A DNA stretch of 63,958 nt, filler included, from Candidatus Babelota bacterium (GTDB taxonomy: Bacteria > JAGOBX01): the NCBI GenBank assembly GCA_017999075.1. It is 11 parts of 11 records of this genome, joined end to end, with 100 filler letters (N's around TTAATTAATTAA, not from the genome) between each part and the next. Parts side by side here need not be neighbours in the genome. Positions count along the whole stretch, not along the records: positions 1 to 13,388 come from JAGOBX010000044.1; 10 more parts are not named here. The stretch is one strand, 5' to 3'. Under the pieces are notes generated by a model. The model did not search any database, was not told the origin of the DNA, and saw only the letters and a program-made list of their open reading frames with translations. Positions 1 through 9,400 of the stretch are shown here, one piece after another (position 1 is the first letter of the stretch; each line of letters opens with the position of its first letter). The translations under genes and the position numbers were made by a program.

Positions 1-13
1 ACTAATAACTGCA

Positions 14-2077
14 TTGATAATCATTTCTTCGATTTCCATTATTGCAGTATCATTTTTTGGAGCTAAACAATCATTATTTTATCTAACGGAAAATATGATG
101 AACTATGTTTCCAAATCTGTAAGCGAAAAACTTACCAAGCATTTAGAATCAGCAGAAAAATTTTCGGTTTTAATTGAAAAAAATATTCTTGACAAAAAGA
201 TTAATCTTGAAAACGGTAATGAAATCAGTGAATTCTTAGCTGGTTTAATAGCAGTAAACAAAGATTTTACTTCAATAGATGTCGGATTCACTAACGGAAA
301 TAAATTCCAGGCTAAACGTATGGATGATAATTCTGTTTCCAGACGGTTAGTGTTCCGCCAAGAAAAAAATATTATTAATCAATGGATACACTCTAATCCG
401 CAATATTATAATTCTCTTAAAAATTATGAGGAAAATCTTGAAACAGGATACGATCCGCGTAATCGGCCATGGTGGAAAACCGCAGTCCAAACCGGTAAAA
501 TGAGCTGGACAGATATTTATCCTTCAGGTTCAGGGTTGTATTTTTCACATGTTAATCCAATTTATAATGCTGACCGCTCTTTATTAGGCGTATCTGCTAT
601 TGATTTAAACATATTGGATATTTCATTTTTTCTAAATACTTTAAAAATCGGTAAATCCGGCATAGTATTTATTTTTAATGATAAATTTGAAATTGTAGCC
701 ATGCCCATGAAAAGTATAAGCGAACTTTCAAAAATACTTAATACTGTCGTCAGACCTAACGGTTGGAGGGATTACAGTTTAAAAAAACCTGAAGAAATAA
801 CCAATCCTCGTATACGCACAGCATTAATAAGTTTTCGTGATTCTTTCAAAAGTCAGAATTCACAATTTTTTTTCACTCAAGATGATGATCATCAAAAAAA
901 CATTGTTTCTTTTTCTTCTTTATCTGAACTCAAACTTAATATTTGCGTAGTTATTGCTGAAAACGATATTTTAGGTTATGTTAAAACCATTAATAAAATC
1001 ACTCTGGCAATATCTTTTGTTTTATTGATTTTTTCTATTATAATTGCATTTTTTATTTCCCGCGCAATTGCACGTCCATTAACTGAACTTACTGCTGAAG
1101 TAGATAAAATAAAAAATCTCGATTTGGATTCCTCCTTAGTAATTAATACCCGCATCACTGAAGTAGCGCATATCCATTCATCTATCGAAAATATGAAAAA
1201 AGGATTAAAATCATTTAAAAAATATGTACCTGCAGATTTAGTTAAACAACTAATTAAAATGCAGAAAGAAGCGGTAATCGGCGGAGAAAACCGTTGTCTG
1301 ACTTTATTTTTCAGCGATATTGCCGGATTCACTTCCATTTCAGAAAAACTTACTCCTGAACAATTGGTTGAAAAACTTGACATCTATTTTCAAGGATTAA
1401 CTAAAACCATTCTTGAACATCAGGGAACTGTCGATAAATATATCGGCGATGCAATTATGGGATTCTGGGGCGCGCCTAATCATCTGAAAGATCATGCGCA
1501 GAAAGCCTGTATGGCCGCGGTACGCTGTATTGAATTTATAAACCATTTAAATGATAATTGGATACGGCAGAATCAAGATCCCTTAGTTACCCGAATCGGA
1601 TTGCATACCGGCGAAGTTATTGTCGGTAATATGGGATATGACGAGCGCATGAATTATACAGTATTGGGAGACAGTGTTAACCTCGCCAGCAGACTTGAAG
1701 GATTAAATAAATATTACGGAACTTCCATAATCATAAGCGAAGTTACTTACCAGGCTGCAGGAAATTATATAGCTGCCAGAAAAATTGATGTGGTTGCAGT
1801 AAAAGGCAAAAGTCAAGGAGTAACAATATATGAACTTATCGGACTAACCTCAGATTTAGATAAATTTAAACTTAACGAAATTAGTGATTTCAATACGGCG
1901 TTTGAATTGTATCTAAACCGTAAATGGAAACACGCAGCGCAAATTTTTAATGATATTTATATTCGTTCTGATAAAAAAGATAAACCAGCAGAAATATTAA
2001 TCGCACGTTGTAATCAATATTCAAATGAACCGCCGGATGAAAATTGGAATGGTATTTATATTTTTAAAACCAAATAG
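14..2077 (+). CDS. Membrane class III adenylate cyclase (TM-Cache-TM-HAMP-cyclase-TPR-like tail); 5' end probably lies before the window
   Basis: Cache motif YDPRNRPWW/WTDIY; HAMP (IARPLTEL...EVAHI); cyclase motifs FFSDIAGFTSISE, DKYIGDAIMG, NYTVLGDSVNLASRLE, VKGK; C-terminal PPDENWNG. Confidence 0.92.
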   Translation: MIIISSISIIAVSFFGAKQSLFYLTENMMNYVSKSVSEKLTKHLESAEKFSVLIEKNILDKKINLENGNEISEFLAGLIAVNKDFTSIDVGFTNGNKFQAKRMDDNSVSRRLVFRQEKNIINQWIHSNPQYYNSLKNYEENLETGYDPRNRPWWKTAVQTGKMSWTDIYPSGSGLYFSHVNPIYNADRSLLGVSAIDLNILDISFFLNTLKIGKSGIVFIFNDKFEIVAMPMKSISELSKILNTVVRPNGWRDYSLKKPEEITNPRIRTALISFRDSFKSQNSQFFFTQDDDHQKNIVSFSSLSELKLNICVVIAENDILGYVKTINKITLAISFVLLIFSIIIAFFISRAIARPLTELTAEVDKIKNLDLDSSLVINTRITEVAHIHSSIENMKKGLKSFKKYVPADLVKQLIKMQKEAVIGGENRCLTLFFSDIAGFTSISEKLTPEQLVEKLDIYFQGLTKTILEHQGTVDKYIGDAIMGFWGAPNHLKDHAQKACMAAVRCIEFINHLNDNWIRQNQDPLVTRIGLHTGEVIVGNMGYDERMNYTVLGDSVNLASRLEGLNKYYGTSIIISEVTYQAAGNYIAARKIDVVAVKGKSQGVTIYELIGLTSDLDKFKLNEISDFNTAFELYLNRKWKHAAQIFNDIYIRSDKKDKPAEILIARCNQYSNEPPDENWNGIYIFKTK

Positions 2078-2095
2078 TTATTTTTTAATAATTTT

Positions 2096-5000
2096 ATGTT
2101 TTTCCCTTTTATTTTTTTGGGTGTTTCACTTTTTATTTTCATATTAAAAAAAAATATATTAAATAATTTTAGATTTTTATTAACTTTCAGTTTTATTTAT
2201 TTTTTTCTATCGGTAAATCTTTTTTCAGCAGTAATAACAATAGGCACTTTGAGCGGTTCGACTGATTATAATCCTTTTTATACTTATTATGATTATGTGT
2301 ATGAAGCAAATCTTTATTCAAGTTCTGCAATAGGTCAGTCACTGGAAATAACCAGGATTGAATGGGCATCTCAAGGCACTAATACTCTTTCAAACATAAA
2401 AGTATATTTAAAAAACATTTCAACTTCTTCAGTGCCAGCGCAAAATTGGTCAACAATAACTTCAGGCGCAACACTTGTCTATAACGGTTCTATGTCAGCT
2501 ACGGCTGGTGCCTGGAGCGGTGTTAACCTCACCACAACTTTTAATTACGATAACTCTTATAATCTTCTTGTATTGACAGAAATGATTTCAGGCAGCGGCG
2601 GCGGCAGTTATTATTATACTACTTCAACCGGATGTCACGGTCGCCTATTTGCTAACGCTTCTCCCCCATCCGGTACTTTCGGAGCAAGCAGTGATCGGGC
2701 TAATCTGCAGATTACCGGCAATCCTCTTCCTCCTTCAGCTCCGACATCAAATGCGGCAACCAGTAGTACAACAACGAGTTTTTCTGCGAATTGGAGCGCG
2801 GTAGGCGGCGCTACGGGCTATTACCTTGATGTTTCCACTGTAAATAATTTTGCAAGTTTTGTAACAGGATATAGCAATCTGAATGTGGGTAATGTTACAA
2901 CTTACAGTGTTACTGGTTTATCTGCAGGAACAACTTATTATTACCGTGTCAGGGCATATAATGCAAACGGTACAAGCAGCAGTTCAAGTACAATAACTGC
3001 ATATACTATTCCAGCCACTCCAACTATAAGTCCGGCAACTAATACTGCAGGCACAAGTTTTACTGCAAACTGGAACACTTCAACCGGCGCGAGCAGTTAT
3101 CGGTTGGATGTTTCTACAGCAAACGATTTTTCAAGTTTTGTTACAGGCTATAATAATCTTGATGTCGGAAACGTTACATCGTACAGCGTAACCGGTTTGA
3201 CTTCAGGCATAATTTATTACTACCGCGTACGCGCATATAACACAGGCGGAACAAGTTCAAATTCCAGCTCGCAAAATCTATTAACTTTGCCTGCTGCGCC
3301 TACCGTTAATGCTGCTGGCGCAATAACAAATTCAAGTTTTTCAGCAAACTGGAACGCAGTTACAAGTGCGACGGCGTATAGATTGGATGTAGCTACTGAC
3401 GCCGGTTTCACAAGTTATGTTACAGGTTATCAGGATTTGAACGTCGGTAATCTAACAACCTATAGTGTAACAGGTCTAACTGCAGGCACAACTTATTATT
3501 ATCGCGTACGCGCTGTAAATGCAACCGGAACGAGTGCTAATTCCAGTTCGCAAACTGTAAGCATAATTTCGAATGCGCCAACCGTCAATTCCGCAACCAA
3601 TGTTAATACCAGTTCATTTACTGCAAATTGGAACGCTTCAACCGGCGCAAGCAGTTATAAATTGGATGTTTCCACTTCAAACGATTTTTCAAGTTTTGTT
3701 ACCGGTTATAATAATCTGGATGTAGGAAATGTGACAAACTATAGTATTACCGGTCTAACTCCGTATACTATTTATTACTACCGCGTCCGCGCATATAATG
3801 CAGGCGGAACAAGCAGCAATTCAAACACTGTCAGCGATACAAGTTTATATAATGGCCCAATATTTTATGTCAACGATTTATCATTGACAAATGATACTTA
3901 TACTTCAAGAACCGGCAGCGATATTATAAATATGGGGAATCAGCTTTATCCCTTCAGAACTATAACTCAGGCATTATCCCGGACATACAGCGGCTGTACA
4001 ATCTATGTTGATGCAGGAACATACGCAGAAACTGTAGTAATAAATACAAATAATATTTCTATCCTCGGGGTCGATTCTACGGCAACGATAATCGACCCGT
4101 CGGGCGATTCGACTTTAACAGCGCTTTACGGAATATATGCAAACGGCCTGACGAATTTACGGATCTGCGGATTACGGATTTTTGATTGTTATCAGGGTTT
4201 ATATTTTAATAATATCGATACATCAATTGTCGAAAATGTATGGTCTGAATATTGCGGAAATGGAGGAGGATATGGATTTTATATTGTAAACGGAAGTTGT
4301 TCGAATACTATAAATAATTGTTATTCTTTAAAAAATTACAAAGGAATGTATCTTAATAACTCATCCTACAATTTATTAAAGGATAACACTGTATGTTCAA
4401 GCGTATCATACGGAATAAATCTTCAAAACTATAGTTCATATAATTTATTACTTTCAAATACTGCGTTATATAACAGCCGTTCATTTTATTTTGAAGTAAA
4501 TAGCGATACTAATATTTTAACAGGAAATACGGCAAAATACAGTAATGGACAGGGGTTTAATTTTGAAAATGTAAAAGGATATACTGTAACCGGCAATACA
4601 GCTATATCAAATATAGGACCAGGATTTTATGTCAATGGAAGTTTGTACAATACTCTAACCGGCAATACATCAACATTAAATACAACATTCGGATTTGATG
4701 TCAGGGACGGTTCTGCAAATATTCTGAATGGCAATATTTCTTATAATAATCTACAATACGGTGTTTATTTAAAAACCGAAGTCAATTCAAAATTTTCAAA
4801 CAACAAGTCTGATTCAAATGTTCAATACGGTTTATATATGGAACAAAACGCTAATAATAATATTTTTACAGGAAACACAATTAATTCAAACCTGCAGCAC
4901 GGGATATATGTCGCTTCAAGTTCAAATAATAAGTTTGAACAAAATGATATAAAAAATAATATCCAATATCAAATTTATCTGACAGGAACATCATTAGCCG

Positions 5001-6301
5001 ACACATTCACAAAAAACAATATTCAAACATCAATGACAAATCAGAATTACGGTTTATATAATGACGCTGCTTCAAATTTTGATTTCAGAAATAATTACTG
5101 GAATACTGCTGACTCGTCTGTAATATCCGCGAAAATTAATATTATAAGCGGAACGATTTTCCAGGCGCCTTACAGGACAAGTGAAATAGATACCGCAATA
5201 GGCGCGGATACAATTTCTCCTTCTTCTCCGACTTTTATAAACGCTGACACATCAGTTTTGAAAAGGGTAACTTTAAAATGGACAAAACCTGTAATTGATG
5301 AAGGCAACACAGCATTAACAGGATTAGCAGGATACAGATTGTATAGAGTAAAAAACGCAGAGTGCAGAATTAACGGTGATACTGACAACTGGGAACAATT
5401 TTTAATTTTCACAATAGAAAATGCAGATGACACGGAGTATGTAGATACCGGCTTTAATTCAAGCGGAATTTATTATTATAAAATAATTGCATATGATTCG
5501 CATATTACTAACGGCCAATTATTTTATAACCGGAGCTGGTATTCGCAAAATTTATATGCTTATGTAAGATATAATTCCACTCCTGAAACTCCGGTATTGC
5601 TTACACCAGTTGATTTGCCTGCACCTTATACAGATTTTACGAATTATGGAAGAACACTTAATCCTCGTCTGAATTTAATGTGGCAATGTCCATTTGATTC
5701 TGACAGTAACACATTACATTTTTCTGTTTATATAGACAGCGGTTCAGGAGTTAAACTACTCGCAAATTCAGCAGCGGACACATCCGGGTTTTATTATTAC
5801 AAAAACGGCAGTTATGAAACATTTACAATATCTGGCGCTGATTCCAGCGTATACGGAAACACAGTGTATTACAAACCGCAAGTTAATTTGAATGATTCTG
5901 TTTATGCTTGGTCAATAGCTGCATACGACAGCGATTTGTACAGCGATACATCATTAGCAAGACATTTTAAAATCGGAGGAAGAGTCTGGTCTGATACTCC
6001 ATTGGTATCCGGTCAAACGCTGATAAGAAAAATCCATATTGACGAACTGCGCGAAGAAATAAATTATGTGCGTAAACTGCGCGGACTTTCCGCTTTTTCG
6101 TGGACTGACCCTGTGATAACAGCCGACCAAACTCTGATACGAAAAATCCATATTGACGAATTGCGGTCTGCATCAGCTCAAGCGGCCAATGCGGCAAATT
6201 CGCAAACCCCTGTCTGGACTGATTCTTCATTAACTGCCGGAGAATCTATTATTCGTAAAATTCATTTTGACGAACTACGTCAAAAAATTCCACAATTTTA
6301 A
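2096..6301 (+). CDS. Large secreted protein: 4x FN3, parallel beta-helix (NosD/pectin-lyase-like), FN3/Ig domains, triple C-terminal repeat
   Basis: Hydrophobic N-terminus; repeated ANW..V.GA..Y.LDV...YYYRVRA.N FN3 units; PFRTITQAL...IYVDAGTYAE followed by Asn-ladder repeats; 3x W(S/T)D...LIRKIH.DELR at the C-terminus. Confidence 0.85.
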   Translation: MFFPFIFLGVSLFIFILKKNILNNFRFLLTFSFIYFFLSVNLFSAVITIGTLSGSTDYNPFYTYYDYVYEANLYSSSAIGQSLEITRIEWASQGTNTLSNIKVYLKNISTSSVPAQNWSTITSGATLVYNGSMSATAGAWSGVNLTTTFNYDNSYNLLVLTEMISGSGGGSYYYTTSTGCHGRLFANASPPSGTFGASSDRANLQITGNPLPPSAPTSNAATSSTTTSFSANWSAVGGATGYYLDVSTVNNFASFVTGYSNLNVGNVTTYSVTGLSAGTTYYYRVRAYNANGTSSSSSTITAYTIPATPTISPATNTAGTSFTANWNTSTGASSYRLDVSTANDFSSFVTGYNNLDVGNVTSYSVTGLTSGIIYYYRVRAYNTGGTSSNSSSQNLLTLPAAPTVNAAGAITNSSFSANWNAVTSATAYRLDVATDAGFTSYVTGYQDLNVGNLTTYSVTGLTAGTTYYYRVRAVNATGTSANSSSQTVSIISNAPTVNSATNVNTSSFTANWNASTGASSYKLDVSTSNDFSSFVTGYNNLDVGNVTNYSITGLTPYTIYYYRVRAYNAGGTSSNSNTVSDTSLYNGPIFYVNDLSLTNDTYTSRTGSDIINMGNQLYPFRTITQALSRTYSGCTIYVDAGTYAETVVINTNNISILGVDSTATIIDPSGDSTLTALYGIYANGLTNLRICGLRIFDCYQGLYFNNIDTSIVENVWSEYCGNGGGYGFYIVNGSCSNTINNCYSLKNYKGMYLNNSSYNLLKDNTVCSSVSYGINLQNYSSYNLLLSNTALYNSRSFYFEVNSDTNILTGNTAKYSNGQGFNFENVKGYTVTGNTAISNIGPGFYVNGSLYNTLTGNTSTLNTTFGFDVRDGSANILNGNISYNNLQYGVYLKTEVNSKFSNNKSDSNVQYGLYMEQNANNNIFTGNTINSNLQHGIYVASSSNNKFEQNDIKNNIQYQIYLTGTSLADTFTKNNIQTSMTNQNYGLYNDAASNFDFRNNYWNTADSSVISAKINIISGTIFQAPYRTSEIDTAIGADTISPSSPTFINADTSVLKRVTLKWTKPVIDEGNTALTGLAGYRLYRVKNAECRINGDTDNWEQFLIFTIENADDTEYVDTGFNSSGIYYYKIIAYDSHITNGQLFYNRSWYSQNLYAYVRYNSTPETPVLLTPVDLPAPYTDFTNYGRTLNPRLNLMWQCPFDSDSNTLHFSVYIDSGSGVKLLANSAADTSGFYYYKNGSYETFTISGADSSVYGNTVYYKPQVNLNDSVYAWSIAAYDSDLYSDTSLARHFKIGGRVWSDTPLVSGQTLIRKIHIDELREEINYVRKLRGLSAFSWTDPVITADQTLIRKIHIDELRSASAQAANAANSQTPVWTDSSLTAGESIIRKIHFDELRQKIPQF
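2725..3843 (+). repeat. Four tandem FN3-coding repeats (~280 nt period), ABAB pattern
   Basis: Units 2 and 4 share STGASSY.LDVST.NDFSSFVTGYNNLDVGNVT; units 1 and 3 share YSVTGL.AGTTYYYRVRA. Confidence 0.9.
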
Positions 6302-6318
6302 AAAATAAAAAACAACCA

Positions 6319-6348
6319 TTGACAAATTATATATGTTGAATATATGAT
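6319..6348 (+). promoter_or_regulatory. Putative sigma70 promoter for the 1705-aa gene
   Basis: TTGACA (6319-6324), 18-nt spacer, TATGAT (6343-6348); SD-like TAGGAG near 6448. Confidence 0.45.
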
Positions 6349-6465
6349 TATAAATATATTTGAAAAAAATAGACATCTTTATTTTTATCAAAATAAAATT
6401 ACTGAATCCAGGTAGCTATTCATAGCATTTATAATTTTTTATTATTATAGGAGCGCAAACAAATA

Positions 6466-9400
6466 TTGAAAAAAAATATATTGGTAATATTTTTTTTACT
6501 AATATATGCTGCCGCAGGTAATGGATATTATATAGCATATCAAGGAAAATTAACTGACAGTGATAATCGCAGAATTAATGCATCAGTTGTAATAATTTTT
6601 TCAATTTACTCAGAAGAAACAGGAACAACAGAACTCTGGACTGAAACGCACAATTCAGTAAACATAGTTAATGGATTGTTTTCTGTTTGGCTTGGTTCTT
6701 CAAATCCCATTAATTTAAAATTTGACAGACAATATTATTTAGGAATAAATATAAATAATCAGGGAGAACTGACTCCGCGTATAAAGCTAAACGCCTCAGC
6801 ATTTGCATATAGGGCAAAATATTCGGATACTGCTGCGTTTCTTGAAAATAACGCAATTGCCGAAGGCGCTATGATAATCAATGACACGCTGACAGTTAAC
6901 AGTTCTTTTATAATAGAAAAAGATGGAAAAGTAGGAATTAATACATTATTTCCGTCTGAACAACTGGAAGTTTTAGGTAATGCAAAAATATCAGGTTCAA
7001 TAACAGCGAAATCATATTCAGGCGATGGTTCAAATCTGACAAATTTGCAATATAATTCATTGGCTGGAGATAAGATAAGCAGAACAGAAATTTCAGAATT
7101 GCTGAATATAGTTGGTAATGATACGAATAACTTGAATAACCGTATAACTGGCCTCGAAAATGATTCTCAAAATAAAACTGTAATTCTGTCAATCTATGGA
7201 ACACGAATTTCAAATCTTGAAAACGATTCAGTGACAAAAACATATGTGAACACACAGTTATCCACACTCTCATCAGATACGCAAACCTTAAAAAATGATC
7301 TGGCAAATTACAAAATTCTGGTTTATGCAGACACAATAAATTTATATAACCAGCTTAGTTTGATACGTTCGGATTCAGTTATCAGTATAGCTTTTTCAAA
7401 AATCAGCGGCGATACTGTAACCAAATCGTATGTTGACGCTGATTCACAGACTAAAACTGCGGTTCTGACAAACTATGGAACACGCATTTCAAATCTTGAA
7501 AACGATTCGGTTACAAAAACATACGTAAATACCCAGTTATCAAACCTGTCATCAGATACGCAAAACTTAAAAAATGATCTGACAAATTACAAAACTCTGG
7601 TTAATGCTGACACAATAAATTTATATAACCAGCTTAGTTTGATACGTTCGGATTCAGTTATCAGTATAGCTTTTTCAAAAATCAGCGGCGATACTGTAAC
7701 CAAATCGTATGTTGACGCTGATTCACAAACCAAAACTGCGATTCTGTCAAATTATGGAACGCGCATTTCAAATCTTGAAAACGATTCAGTTACAAAAACA
7801 TATGTGAATACGCAGTTATCAAACCTTTCATCAGATACGCAAACCTTAAAAAATGATCTGGCAAATTACAAAATTCTGGTTAATGCAGACACAATGAATT
7901 TATATAACCAGCTTAGTCTGATACGTTCGGATTCAGTTATCAATATAGCGTTTTCAAAAATCAGCGGCGATACTGTAACCAAATCGTATGTTGACGCTGA
8001 TTCACAGATTAAAACTACGGTTCTGACAAACTATGGAACGCGCATTTCAAATCTTGAAAACGACTCGGTTACAAAAACATATGTGAATACGCAGTTATCA
8101 AACCTGTCATCAGATACGCAAACCTTAAAAAATGATCTGGCAAATTACAAAATTCTGGTTTATGCAGACACAATGAATTTATATAACCAGCTTAGTTTGA
8201 TACGTTCGGATTCAGTTATCAGTATAGCTTTTTCAAAAATCAGCGGGGATACTGTAACCAAATCGTATGTTGACGCTGATTCACAGATTAAAACTGCACT
8301 TCTGTCAAATTATGGAACGCGCATTTCAAATCTTGAAAACGATTCGGTGACAAAAACATACGTAAATACCCTGTTATCAAACCTGTCATCAGATACGCAA
8401 ACCTTAAAAAATGATCTGGCAAATTACAAAATTCTGGTTAATGCAGACACAATGAATTTATATAACCAGCTTAGTTTGATACGTTCGGATTCAGTTATCA
8501 ATATAGCGTTTTCAAAAATCAGCGGGGATACTGTAACCAAAACATATGTTGATGAACAACTTTCTGTAAAATTAAATAAAAATGACAGTATAGTTATTTC
8601 TCGTGTTTCACAACTTTTTAACGACAGCGGCTTTATTTCAAACGCTGGATCAAGCATAACTCAGGAGAGCGCAGATTTGAGATATATTAAAAAATCTGAT
8701 ACAATTGCCGCAGACAGCATCGGTACAGGAGCAGTAAACAGCATAGAGTTATCATATCTTGACAATGTATCCTCAAATATTCAGATGCAATTAAATTCAA
8801 AAGCATCAAATGCTAATCCTGGAATAACCGGCGGATTGCTTGTCAGTGATACGCTTGCGGTAGGAGCGGATACATTTATCGTTTTAAAAAATGGTAATGT
8901 CGGTATTGGCACAACAAATCCATCGGCGCGTTTAACAATAAATGGCAGCAATTCAAGTGAATTATTAGAACTTTCAATAAATTATAATTCTACAACACCC
9001 AGCCTTGCAATTAACAATACAAGCGGAAATCTTGCATCAGGTTCACGTATTTCATTTAAATCTTCCGGAACAGAACTGGCTAATATCATTTATCAATTAG
9101 GTTCAGGATCAACTCCATCATTACAATTCGGAACTAATAATAATGAACGGATGAGAATTACTTACAATGGAAAAATCGGAATCGGAACCGTAACTCCTTC
9201 TGATAGTCTTCAAGTCGCAGGTTCGATACGAGGTGAAACACTTACAATCACTCAGAGAATTTATGCAGATACAATATCAGCAATAAAATTTTATGGTGAT
9301 GGTTCCAATTTGACCGGAATTAACTCCTCAGGAAAATTTTCCGGAAATGTTGGAGACAGTATTTATATTACTTCAACTAAAGTCGGTATTGGAACAACTG

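Noticed and set aside
7160-8553. CRISPR array or DGR template/variable repeats
   Set aside because: The repeats are contiguous, in frame and have no spacers; differences are not adenine-specific; no cas or reverse transcriptase gene in the window
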